A program made the position numbers and the translations under genes. Positions 7,766 through 16,208 of a stretch of 54,750 nucleotides of DNA are shown here, in pieces; position 1 is the stretch's first letter, and every line of letters begins with the position of its first letter. Source of the stretch: a virus; the IMG/VR virus record IMGVR_UViG_3300022936_000001. One strand, 5' to 3'. Under the pieces are notes generated by a model, which had not been told where the DNA came from, searched no databases, and saw only the letters and a list, made by a program, of their open reading frames with translations.

Positions 7766-10700
7766 ATGAAAAAATATTTTTATTTAATACTACTATTAAC
7801 TGGTTTATGTTTTGGGCAGCAGCAAACAGGCGGCGTTAATATACCTACTGGTTTTCATTTACAGGATAACCAGCATTTAGATGATAGAGAAAATACAGTA
7901 GCTACAGTTGCTGATTTACAAAACATACATAATAAGGTGGATGGCTTGACGTGTAAAGTTACCGCAACACCAGGTAAATTATACCTGTATGATGAACCTA
8001 CAAATACATGGTCAGTAATTGGTGGTTCGGATATAAATCATACTGGCTTATTTGTTAACTATACAGCTCCATTTGATGTTACTGTAGGCGCTATACACAC
8101 CTTTGTAAACCAAAACAATAGGATTCCATCAGGTTCATTTACGGTTACAGAAACTACTAAACCTGTATATATAATAGTTACAGAGAATTTAGCTAATGGG
8201 AGTAGTAAAAAATACACCTACGCGTTTATAGGCGGTACCGGCACATGGGGTAATAGTTCAGGTTTTAGCCCTACAGGAACAGCAACAACAGCCCCAATGT
8301 TCACTTTAATTGGTGCGCCTAATTCACTGACAAATACAGATATATCAAACGACCCTAACACACAGACTATATCCTTAGGTAATCTGCCAACGGGGGATTA
8401 TGTAGCGGCAGCAAATAGCGTAATCAGGGATTTATCTAATGATAATTTAGTTTACTATTTCAGTTATACACAAGATAGTGTTTTATATTTAGTGCAGTTT
8501 ATTGGTACAAATGGGATTTACGGAGGTTCTGGAACGCAGTTGGTATCAGGGGATTTTGCAGCCAGTACTAATAGCGGCGTTACGCCTGCTCAAAATCTGG
8601 AAAGTGTTTTAGGAAATGGTAATCATACAGGTAATGATAACGACATCATATTTGATAACGAAAGAGCCGCTATATTTAAAGGTGGTAATTCAGGCGATGA
8701 AGCAATCTTTAGTTTTAATGATGAATTAAATCTAACTATAACAGACCCTACATTTAAGGTTAATAATAAATATAGCCCTCTTACTGTATTAGGAGTTGAA
8801 GCAGACGTGAATGGGAATATAGACCCCATAGAGGCTTTAAGCGATCAGTTTATACCACTTACAGGCACTACAGAGGGTAATCCTGTTACTGGGGATATAG
8901 AATTTATAAATGATGGTGACGCTCACGGACTTGTACTTAAGGTAAATGACGAGGATAACAATAAAAGCTATGTATCCGTAGATTCCACAGGGGCTTTTTT
9001 GTATGGCGAAAACAACAATGGATCGTCTACTATAAATGTTAGTGCAAGTGAAATAGTGGTAGCCTCTACTTATCCGCAATCAAGAGGTATAAAAAGCCCT
9101 GTTGAATTCAATAACGATAGTGCCGATAGAACGCAATTTACCCAAACAGGGTTCGTTTTAGATAAAATCACAGGACACACAGATATACCAGATGATTTTT
9201 ATATAGCATGCACATATCAATCAGACCCTACAATAAGAGGTCGTTACTTAACTTATAAAACAGACACTTATAGAACATTTGATTTATCTCCTTATATACC
9301 TGATTTTGTTGATGGTAAGATATTCTCTACTAACGGTATTGAAATAGTTGATAAAAACACAATAATATTATCAGGGCAGCTAACAGGTACAACAGGAAAT
9401 TTATTTATTTTAACATTGAAAGGAGGCTACATAAATGATAATGTATTCACTATAGATAGCTCTGAATTTAAAGAATTGCCAGATATATTACGAGATAATA
9501 ACAATGAGCCAAGCAAAATACAATTAGCAGGATACACAAGAGGATTTTATTATTTTGTATGTAGAGCAACACAACAAACGCCATCTGTACCAACTCAAAT
9601 AATAAAAATAAATCCTTTTAACCTTTCTCAAATAAAAACCACAAGCCTGCCTACGACATCAGATTTTATAGGTAGCGTTCAAAATGCACAAGTTCATGAT
9701 GGAAACATTTATTTTTTATCCACAAGCAACACTGTAGCAGCTAAATTTTTAAGGATTGGTGAAAACTTAGATGATCCTGAAGTTCTATTTACAGCTAATA
9801 ATCCAGGAGCAAATGAAAGGGTTTTTAGAAACTTCCCGTTTGTAGTTTATAATGGTAAAGTTTTTGTCCCTACTATTCAAAACACTACTGCAGGAACAAG
9901 TAAAATAGGTTTATCGTCCTATGATTTAGCCAAAAAAACATTTTTAAATTCAGTACCTACGCAAACAATAAACTCTAATATCGTAGGCTCTCCAAATTAT
10001 CCTTATCCACATTGGATGACATGTTTTGGAGGCAAAATTTATATACACACGGCAGCTAATAATGCAAATCAAAGCAGGAGTTTAATAAGGTTTGACCCTA
10101 ACACTTTACTTGTAGAGGCAAGTACGCCTGTGCCGTTTAGGATTACAGACGACAATACTATTACTAACGATGGTTTTATTTATTTAAACCCCGAAGCAGA
10201 AACAACAGCTTCACTGCTTAAAATAAAGGCTGATTTTGCAAACAATGAAACGTTTACCTATGTTAACGAGGGTGCCGCAACTACAGGGTATTACTCACTT
10301 GGGAGCCCCTCTAATTTAGTTTATGCAGAAAATTTTAAAACTAAATTATCTGAATTTAATGATGATTACCCTTTAAAAACCATAAACGGGCAATCGATTA
10401 AAGGCACAGGGGATATAATTATTTCAGGTGGCGGCGGTGGAGGCGCTACAAATTACCCCAAAATATTAGTATTAGATACGGCACCCGCTACTTATACAGG
10501 CACATCTACACAAACTATACTTAAAGTACACACGATACCTGCAAATACATTAAGTGCAGGAGTCTTATCCGTAAAATTTATATTTAGCAATACAGGAGTA
10601 GCCGGAACTAAAGCCGTAATGTGCTATATAGGTAATACAAACACGTTACCATCTACTCAGTATGGAAGAATAACACCAAGTGCAACGGGTAGGTTTCATG

Positions 10701-10924
10701 AAATAACCAGAGATTTGATTATAAACGCATCAGGAGCTATTACAGCCTCAAACGCCGCCGCAAGTGCGCCAACTGATGAAGCAATAAACGGAAGTGCTAA
10801 AACGACTATTTCAGGTTTAAATTTTACACAACCAATATATATATTCTCAACCGTAACATTAGCAAACCCAGCGGACGATATGACACAGGAATCAGCAGAA
10901 ATAATTTTTAAACCACAGCAATAA
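7766..10924 (+). CDS. large tail fibre / receptor-binding protein candidate (1052 aa) with signal-peptide-like N-terminus
   Basis: Largest ORF in the fibre block; MKKYFYLILLLTGLCFGQQ N-terminus; KTINGQSIKGTGDIIISGGGGGG motif near the C-terminal domain. Confidence 0.65.
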   Translation: MKKYFYLILLLTGLCFGQQQTGGVNIPTGFHLQDNQHLDDRENTVATVADLQNIHNKVDGLTCKVTATPGKLYLYDEPTNTWSVIGGSDINHTGLFVNYTAPFDVTVGAIHTFVNQNNRIPSGSFTVTETTKPVYIIVTENLANGSSKKYTYAFIGGTGTWGNSSGFSPTGTATTAPMFTLIGAPNSLTNTDISNDPNTQTISLGNLPTGDYVAAANSVIRDLSNDNLVYYFSYTQDSVLYLVQFIGTNGIYGGSGTQLVSGDFAASTNSGVTPAQNLESVLGNGNHTGNDNDIIFDNERAAIFKGGNSGDEAIFSFNDELNLTITDPTFKVNNKYSPLTVLGVEADVNGNIDPIEALSDQFIPLTGTTEGNPVTGDIEFINDGDAHGLVLKVNDEDNNKSYVSVDSTGAFLYGENNNGSSTINVSASEIVVASTYPQSRGIKSPVEFNNDSADRTQFTQTGFVLDKITGHTDIPDDFYIACTYQSDPTIRGRYLTYKTDTYRTFDLSPYIPDFVDGKIFSTNGIEIVDKNTIILSGQLTGTTGNLFILTLKGGYINDNVFTIDSSEFKELPDILRDNNNEPSKIQLAGYTRGFYYFVCRATQQTPSVPTQIIKINPFNLSQIKTTSLPTTSDFIGSVQNAQVHDGNIYFLSTSNTVAAKFLRIGENLDDPEVLFTANNPGANERVFRNFPFVVYNGKVFVPTIQNTTAGTSKIGLSSYDLAKKTFLNSVPTQTINSNIVGSPNYPYPHWMTCFGGKIYIHTAANNANQSRSLIRFDPNTLLVEASTPVPFRITDDNTITNDGFIYLNPEAETTASLLKIKADFANNETFTYVNEGAATTGYYSLGSPSNLVYAENFKTKLSEFNDDYPLKTINGQSIKGTGDIIISGGGGGGATNYPKILVLDTAPATYTGTSTQTILKVHTIPANTLSAGVLSVKFIFSNTGVAGTKAVMCYIGNTNTLPSTQYGRITPSATGRFHEITRDLIINASGAITASNAAASAPTDEAINGSAKTTISGLNFTQPIYIFSTVTLANPADDMTQESAEIIFKPQQ

Positions 10925-11388
10925 TGAAAAAAATCGCCTTACTATTAATTTTAATTACAACGAGTTTAAGTGCGCAAAGCTTCTTAACTTATGACTGTAG
11001 CACCTTTGATTTTATAGGGTATTCGTACACCTCGCCTACTTCTGGGTGTTACACTACAGTACCTTTCGATCTTTTAAGATGTTTCCCTAAATTTAACACC
11101 ACAACACAGAAGTGGTATGAATCAGGAAATACAGCGCAGCTTGAGGAATGCTATACGTTCAATGATTTTCAAACTATAGAAATTGGACAGCAGTCTTTTG
11201 TAAATCCTCATTTTACAGTTTTAAAAACAGACACACAACTCAATTACTATTACGGAGATGTAGTGCCACCGTTTCAATTGTTTTGTCCTAATACGCCATA
11301 CCCTAACTTTACCGGCGCATCAGTAACGTATATAAAAATAACCCCAACAAAATGGAGGCGTTCATTTTCAACCGATAATCAACCATAA
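10924..11388 (+). CDS. secreted/fibre-associated protein (154 aa), signal-peptide-like N-terminus
   Basis: MKKIALLLILITTSLSAQS N-terminus; ATGA-type overlap with the upstream gene. Confidence 0.6.
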   Translation: MKKIALLLILITTSLSAQSFLTYDCSTFDFIGYSYTSPTSGCYTTVPFDLLRCFPKFNTTTQKWYESGNTAQLEECYTFNDFQTIEIGQQSFVNPHFTVLKTDTQLNYYYGDVVPPFQLFCPNTPYPNFTGASVTYIKITPTKWRRSFSTDNQP

Positions 11389-11390
11389 TT

Positions 11391-12200
11391 ATGAAAAATA
11401 TAATAGGAGTAGCAGCATTATTTGGCTGCTTAGGATTTTTAATTATTTTTATGTTTTCAGCAGGAAACAAACCATTTGAGTTATTTAATGTTGCGCCAAA
11501 TGATAATGTAGTTATTTATAACGCCAATAGTATGCAGTATTCAGGGTATGCCTTGGATGCATTAGCTAAAGTTAGTGATGTGCCTGTAAATAATAATCAG
11601 TTAACAAATGGGGCGGGATATTTAACAACTGTACCGGCTCAATCGTGGGTAAGTATAACAGGAAAGCCCGTACTATTTTCGGGTTCGTACGTGGATTTAA
11701 CAAATAAACCAACCATAGATAATTATACCGACACGCGCGCCCGTAATTCTATAAGTTTAACCACTACAGGTGTATCAGGCGCGGCTGTTTATAATTCGAG
11801 TACAGGTATTTTAAACATTCCTAATTATACATTTACACCTATAGCACCAACGTATAGTAATACGCCTGCAAGAATATTAAATGCCGCAGGAGCGATATTA
11901 TCAGCGAATAAACCAACATGGGTATCATACAGCATAACGCATACAGTAGCTCTAACGTTACTAACGCTAAACGGTGCAAGTAACGTATATTTAGAAATAA
12001 GCCCAAATAATACAACATGGACAACTATAAGCCAGGCTGGTTTTAGCGATGGTGTAGCTGTTGCTGTAGCTATTACTAAAAGCCAAACAAATAATATACA
12101 AGGATATATTCCGGCTAACTATTATTATCGTATAAGGAGTGTTGTAACAGGTGGCGGAAGTGCTACATTTGCAAATGGACAAGAAGTAACTATAAATTAA
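11391..12200 (+). CDS. tail fibre protein (269 aa)
   Basis: LTNGAGYLTTVPAQSWVSITGKPVLFSGSYVDLTNKPT resembles recurrent phage fibre repeat motifs; hydrophobic N-terminal segment. Confidence 0.6.
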   Translation: MKNIIGVAALFGCLGFLIIFMFSAGNKPFELFNVAPNDNVVIYNANSMQYSGYALDALAKVSDVPVNNNQLTNGAGYLTTVPAQSWVSITGKPVLFSGSYVDLTNKPTIDNYTDTRARNSISLTTTGVSGAAVYNSSTGILNIPNYTFTPIAPTYSNTPARILNAAGAILSANKPTWVSYSITHTVALTLLTLNGASNVYLEISPNNTTWTTISQAGFSDGVAVAVAITKSQTNNIQGYIPANYYYRIRSVVTGGGSATFANGQEVTIN

Positions 12201-12205
12201 ATATT

Positions 12206-12658
12206 ATGAGTACAATTAAAAAAGAAGGGTTTTTTGATAATTTTTGGAAAAAACGTTATTACAAGAATATGTTTACGGGTGGGGCTTTAGCGTGTTTACC
12301 GTTGATTATTTTTCTTCTAATTTGCGCTGCATGGCCTAAATCTGAACCTTTTGTCGGTAATTACTGGATTGCTTATGTCATAGGTAGTTTTATAGGGTTA
12401 GCCGCTTCATTTTGGATTCAGTCTTACTGGAACGAATACCAAAGAGTTAAGTATCGTGAGATGCCAGACGATAAAGAAGTATGGTACAGTTTATTCGGTG
12501 GAGTAGTAGCTCTTGTAATAGCAGCCGTATTATTACTTCTTAAAAAAGAAAATAATACGCTGTATGCTAAAATAATCGAGATAGCTATATTAGCTGGAGT
12601 ATCTTTTGGTTTGGGTTTTCTTGTACATTTAGGTAAATTAGTATTCAAAAAGAAATAG
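12206..12658 (+). CDS. membrane protein, about 4 TM segments (holin or exclusion candidate)
   Basis: Four long hydrophobic stretches read by eye; followed by an intrinsic terminator. Confidence 0.6.
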   Translation: MSTIKKEGFFDNFWKKRYYKNMFTGGALACLPLIIFLLICAAWPKSEPFVGNYWIAYVIGSFIGLAASFWIQSYWNEYQRVKYREMPDDKEVWYSLFGGVVALVIAAVLLLLKKENNTLYAKIIEIAILAGVSFGLGFLVHLGKLVFKKK

Positions 12659-12678
12659 CATGCAATTAAATAAACACT

Positions 12679-12706
12679 AACCAACTCTTAACGGGTTGGT
12701 TTTTTG
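12679..12706 (+). terminator. rho-independent terminator
   Basis: AACCAAC / GTTGGTT 7-bp stem, 9-nt loop, followed by a T-run. Confidence 0.7.
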
Positions 12707-12707
12707 T

Positions 12708-12715
12708 TATCTTTG
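12708..12715 (+). promoter_or_regulatory. -7 promoter box TATCTTTG
   Basis: TAnnTTTG 20 nt upstream of ATG 12736, directly after the terminator. Confidence 0.5.
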
Positions 12716-12735
12716 TTTAATTAAAATTAATACTT

Positions 12736-12960
12736 ATGAAATGGCTACAGGACAACATTAAGCCGCTTTTAGCGATAGTTATAGTACTACTTGGGTTTAC
12801 GTACTACTTTGTAAATCAATTCAGTCACACAAAGCCTAACGATCAGGTATTGATTGCTATTGTAGGTTTAACCGGTAACGTTGTGGGTTATTACTTTGGT
12901 GCATCTACAGGCACAAGTAAGAAAGACGAAACTATTTCTGATTTGGCTAAAAAACAATGA
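12736..12960 (+). CDS. small 2-TM membrane protein (74 aa), holin-like
   Basis: Two hydrophobic segments and a charged C-terminus; lies in the lysis region. Confidence 0.55.
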   Translation: MKWLQDNIKPLLAIVIVLLGFTYYFVNQFSHTKPNDQVLIAIVGLTGNVVGYYFGASTGTSKKDETISDLAKKQ

Positions 12961-13109
12961 AAAACTTTAAACGTTTCTGCTATATTTGCATCGCGGCATT
13001 CGTAGTGATTATTTGGTCAAGTGGATGCCACTTTATAAATGAAAATAAAGAAACTAAAAACTATGCGCGAAAAACTGATAGCGTTAAGCACCCAAAACGT
13101 TATAACTAA
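12957..13109 (+). CDS. small lipoprotein candidate (50 aa)
   Basis: Hand translation MKNFKRFCYICIAAFVVIIWSSGCHFINENK...; ATGA overlap with 12736..12960; below the track cut-off. Confidence 0.4.
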   Translation: MKNFKRFCYICIAAFVVIIWSSGCHFINENKETKNYARKTDSVKHPKRYN

Positions 13110-13221
13110 CATTACAGACTACCTTGAGTTGAATAGAAAATTTGCTTATGCATTTATGATATTTGCACCTGTATTTACTGTAACAATATTTTTAATTTTA
13201 TACTATATTATTTATGCCTAA
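13039..13221 (+). CDS. small protein with C-terminal TM segment (60 aa), overlaps the lipoprotein ORF in another frame
   Basis: Track ORF; C-terminal FAYAFMIFAPVFTVTIFLILYYII segment. Confidence 0.4.
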   Translation: MKIKKLKTMREKLIALSTQNVITNITDYLELNRKFAYAFMIFAPVFTVTIFLILYYIIYA

Positions 13222-13468
13222 CGATGTTTTAAAAATCAGTAAAAAATCAGCTTACAAATTAGCTAAAGACGGCTTAGAGGTGGCTTTCTTTCTTGATGAG
13301 CAGCCTACACCAATTTATCTAACTTACACAGATGTTTCAGCACCTTACACAACAGAGCCTTTTGTTTTACAAGATGCTGATATAGCTAAAACAGGATTAG
13401 TAACCTATATAGGTGCCGATGGTAGTTACCCGGTGCGTAAAGACAGGAAAATGTTTCCTCGTTATTAA
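13214..13468 (+). CDS. hypothetical protein (84 aa)
   Basis: Track ORF, overlapping or abutting both neighbours. Confidence 0.55.
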   Translation: MPNDVLKISKKSAYKLAKDGLEVAFFLDEQPTPIYLTYTDVSAPYTTEPFVLQDADIAKTGLVTYIGADGSYPVRKDRKMFPRY

Positions 13469-13870
13469 ATGCAGGATAAAATAAAATATTTAGGGGGTGT
13501 GCTTGGTAAATATACTAAGTACGCCCCTTTAGTATTAATGGAGTTTCATGTTTTAGGAATAGCCGCAACCGCCCGTTATGTTTTTGGTTATCCTGAACCT
13601 GAATGGTTAACAGTCGTTGATTTATTGAGTGCGCAAATATCTAAAGTTGGATTTATAACATTACTGGTTTTGTTGACCACGTGTAAAGACTGGAATTTTT
13701 ATCAATGGCTATCATTTTACTGTATAACAGCTTTATTAGTTCTAAACTCTGTTTATAAAATATCCAATTGGGATGTAGACATTTATTTTGTAGGCTTATC
13801 TGTAATTGTAGATTTGCTATTTACAATACTGTCTTTATACCAACTTACCAAACAGTATAACAATAAATAA
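13469..13870 (+). CDS. membrane protein, about 4 TM segments (133 aa)
   Basis: Hydrophobic segments read by eye. Confidence 0.6.
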   Translation: MQDKIKYLGGVLGKYTKYAPLVLMEFHVLGIAATARYVFGYPEPEWLTVVDLLSAQISKVGFITLLVLLTTCKDWNFYQWLSFYCITALLVLNSVYKISNWDVDIYFVGLSVIVDLLFTILSLYQLTKQYNNK

Positions 13871-13894
13871 AGTGTTTTTGCGTATTTTTGAACT

Positions 13895-14302
13895 ATGCAA
13901 AAGACTTTTATAGAATTATTCAGGGAAATAATGAAACTGCCTGCCGCCAAACGTGCGGGTGCATTCATGGTTGCTTTGCCTTTCGCTATCATTATTTTTT
14001 ACGAATCAAGAGATAATTACGCCCGTAATCGTGTTAAGGAATTGGAATTGGCGTTAAATATATCTGAAATAAAACGTGAACAAGAACGTAATCAGTACAT
14101 TAGTAGTCTGAAAGATTGTGCAGCAGATAAAATTAAAATAGTTGACAGGCTAAACGGCTTATTGAGCGAGTACAAGGAACAGCAACGTCAAAGGGATGAA
14201 CAGCGTGCCGCAGAAATGCAATCGGAATTAAACCAGTTGCGCAGGGGCGTTAAACAAACAGATATTATTTTGCAGAAAACGATACAAATACAAAAAAATT
14301 AA
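13895..14302 (+). CDS. N-terminally anchored coiled-coil protein (135 aa), i-spanin-like topology
   Basis: One TM (GAFMVALPFAIIIFY) followed by a charged heptad-rich region. Confidence 0.5.
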   Translation: MQKTFIELFREIMKLPAAKRAGAFMVALPFAIIIFYESRDNYARNRVKELELALNISEIKREQERNQYISSLKDCAADKIKIVDRLNGLLSEYKEQQRQRDEQRAAEMQSELNQLRRGVKQTDIILQKTIQIQKN

Positions 14303-14305
14303 GAC

Positions 14306-14620
14306 ATGAAACATTTATTATTTTTAGGGTTATTCATGTTTTTTGGAAGCTCAACAGTTAAGCAGGATAAACCTGTAAATGATAGTATTGGTAAAATAAC
14401 CGTAAGTCGTGACGTTCCTGTAGATAGCTCTATGTTTGTGTTGCCGGAAACGATGCCGTCCGATAAAGTTCTGCAGCAGCTTAAAGAAACTAATGTTATT
14501 GTTGATAAAGCTAAATTAAAAGCTATACAGGCAATGAAAAACGCTGAACAACACAGAGCAGAACGTAAAACGGACGAGGCGTTTAAGACGTTGGAGAATT
14601 TAGCTGGTAAAAACGATTAA
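14306..14620 (+). CDS. secreted small protein (104 aa)
   Basis: MKHLLFLGLFMFFGSSTV signal-like N-terminus without a lipobox Cys. Confidence 0.55.
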   Translation: MKHLLFLGLFMFFGSSTVKQDKPVNDSIGKITVSRDVPVDSSMFVLPETMPSDKVLQQLKETNVIVDKAKLKAIQAMKNAEQHRAERKTDEAFKTLENLAGKND

Positions 14621-14628
14621 TATTTTAT

Positions 14629-14636
14629 TATATTTG
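14629..14636 (+). promoter_or_regulatory. orphan -7 promoter box TATATTTG
   Basis: TAnnTTTG; followed only by the mini-ORF ATG AAA TGA (14648..14656) and a terminator. Confidence 0.35.
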
Positions 14637-14701
14637 TTGTATTAAAAATGAAATGAGATAATCTTTATCTTAAATTTATTTAGCTCCCCGGCAAAATAAT
14701 T

Positions 14702-14727
14702 AAACCCCGCTCGTACCGGGGTTTTTT
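14702..14727 (+). terminator. rho-independent terminator 27 nt upstream of the endolysin ATG
   Basis: CCCCG / CGGGG stem extended by A:T pairs, 7-nt loop, T6 run. Confidence 0.75.
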
Positions 14728-14753
14728 ATTACCTTTACTTAAAATAATATATC

Positions 14754-15302
14754 ATGGCAGATGATTTAATTACCATACAGCGAATACAGAAACTGCATCC
14801 TAAGGTACGCAATGAAGTTTTACAGGCATACAGGTATGTTAACGAGAAACTACTCGGAAAAGGCGTTAGATTACGTTTTGCATATACTTACAGAACGTTA
14901 AAAGAGCAAGACGATATTTATGCCGAAGGCAGGACTAAAATATACAATTCAGCAGGTAAACGATTAGGTATTGTTACATGGGCTAAAGGCGGTCAGTCTA
15001 TACATAATTATGGTCTTGCATTTGATATTGTGCTATTAGTAGACAAAAACAATGATGGTGTTTTTGAAACAGCATCATGGGACACTAAAACTGATTTTGA
15101 TAAAGACGGAACATCAGACTGGATGGAAGTTATAAATTATTTTAAATCTATAGGCTGGGTTTGGGGCGGCGACTGGTCAGCGGGTAAAAATGATCCACCA
15201 CATTTAGAAAAAACTTTCGGTTACAATTGGCAAGGATTGCAGAATACTATTAATGCCGGTAAATTGTTTAGGGATAATGATATTGTGTACGCTAAAATAT
15301 AA
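14754..15302 (+). CDS. endolysin, peptidase M15 (VanY / L-alanyl-D-glutamate peptidase-like)
   Basis: Zinc-ligand pattern SIHNYGLAFD (H-x6-D) and DPPHLE, typical of the M15 family; sits at the end of the lysis region. Confidence 0.8.
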   Translation: MADDLITIQRIQKLHPKVRNEVLQAYRYVNEKLLGKGVRLRFAYTYRTLKEQDDIYAEGRTKIYNSAGKRLGIVTWAKGGQSIHNYGLAFDIVLLVDKNNDGVFETASWDTKTDFDKDGTSDWMEVINYFKSIGWVWGGDWSAGKNDPPHLEKTFGYNWQGLQNTINAGKLFRDNDIVYAKI

Positions 15303-15332
15303 ACATTGATTCCACACGGAATTAGTTTCGAA

Positions 15333-15364
15333 GCCCGGCACATTGAATTGTTGTCGGGTTTTGC
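15333..15364 (+). terminator. terminator after the endolysin
   Basis: CCCGGCA / TGTCGGG stem (one G:U pair) followed by TTTTG. Confidence 0.6.
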
Positions 15365-15365
15365 A

Positions 15366-15422
15366 TTAAAAAACCCAATTCATGTATAAGGGCATGGTTA
15401 GCCGCGATACAGTGAATTGGGT
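15366..15422 (-). terminator. minus-strand terminator after the recT-like gene
   Basis: Perfect 10-bp stem ACCCAATTCA / TGAATTGGGT (30-nt loop) followed by a T-run on the minus strand. Confidence 0.5.
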
Positions 15423-15451
15423 AAAAAATAAATTATGATACGGCAAATATA

Positions 15452-16198
15452 CTAAAAAATATCGTCCGATGGTAATTCAGGAACTGCAGGGGTTAACGGT
15501 TCGGGCGCAGGCGGCGTTTCAACTTCATGTACTGGCTCCGACGATACCGTTTCAGGTTCTACAACCTCATAATCGTGTGTTTCTTTTACAGGCTGCTTAA
15601 CAAGTTCGTTTATTTTTTCAATAGCAGTATTCGATATTTCCTCGGTATACCCTATATCGGTTATCTCGTCGGCAGTTTGCATACCCATCGTTATATCGGG
15701 GCAATAGATACGGCTGAAAAATGTTGCGGCACGATAGCGTATCATTAATTCCGGCATCGTTTTCCATTTAGAACCATTTTTAGTAGTCCACCCTTCGGAA
15801 ATAGCCATTTTCATAGTTACTTCTGGTCCCGATATTTTAACACCGTCTTTTTTGTACGTGAACGCACTGCATGCAAGTGTATCGCCTGCGCCCGTAATAT
15901 CGAAATCTAAAGGTTCGGCATAACGTTTAGATGCGTTTATAAGTGCGATGATAAATTTAGCGTCAAGTCCTGGCTTACCATGTATGATACTGGTATTTTG
16001 CATAACCATTAAAACCGACTGATTTAAACGGTGTGCCATTTCCATAGCCACAAGCACGTTAGGCAGGTTATTTTTATAATCATTAGGTATCATGCTCGAT
16101 TGCGCAAGAGGGGCAGCCATACGCTGCGCCTGTTCGAATGCGTGAGCATCGTTAAAAACGGATAGACCGCTGTTTTGGGTTGTAATATCTGTACTCAT
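15452..16198 (-). CDS. RecT/Redbeta-family single-strand annealing protein
   Basis: SKWKTMPELMIRYRAATFFSRIYCPDITMG resembles the conserved C-terminal core of RecT/Bet; paired with a PD-(D/E)XK exonuclease gene; acidic tail ...PSDDIF. Confidence 0.7.
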   Translation of the reverse strand: MSTDITTQNSGLSVFNDAHAFEQAQRMAAPLAQSSMIPNDYKNNLPNVLVAMEMAHRLNQSVLMVMQNTSIIHGKPGLDAKFIIALINASKRYAEPLDFDITGAGDTLACSAFTYKKDGVKISGPEVTMKMAISEGWTTKNGSKWKTMPELMIRYRAATFFSRIYCPDITMGMQTADEITDIGYTEEISNTAIEKINELVKQPVKETHDYEVVEPETVSSEPVHEVETPPAPEPLTPAVPELPSDDIF

Positions 16199-16208
16199 TG
16201 TTTTGTTT

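Noticed and set aside
14686-14727. Antiterminator/terminator riboswitch-like switch upstream of the endolysin
   Set aside because: The two alternative 5' arms (CCCCGG and CCCCG) both pair with the same 3' arm, which is followed by the T-run. Either fold would still terminate, so there is no mutually exclusive antiterminator structure. Retained only as an orphan promoter plus terminator observation.
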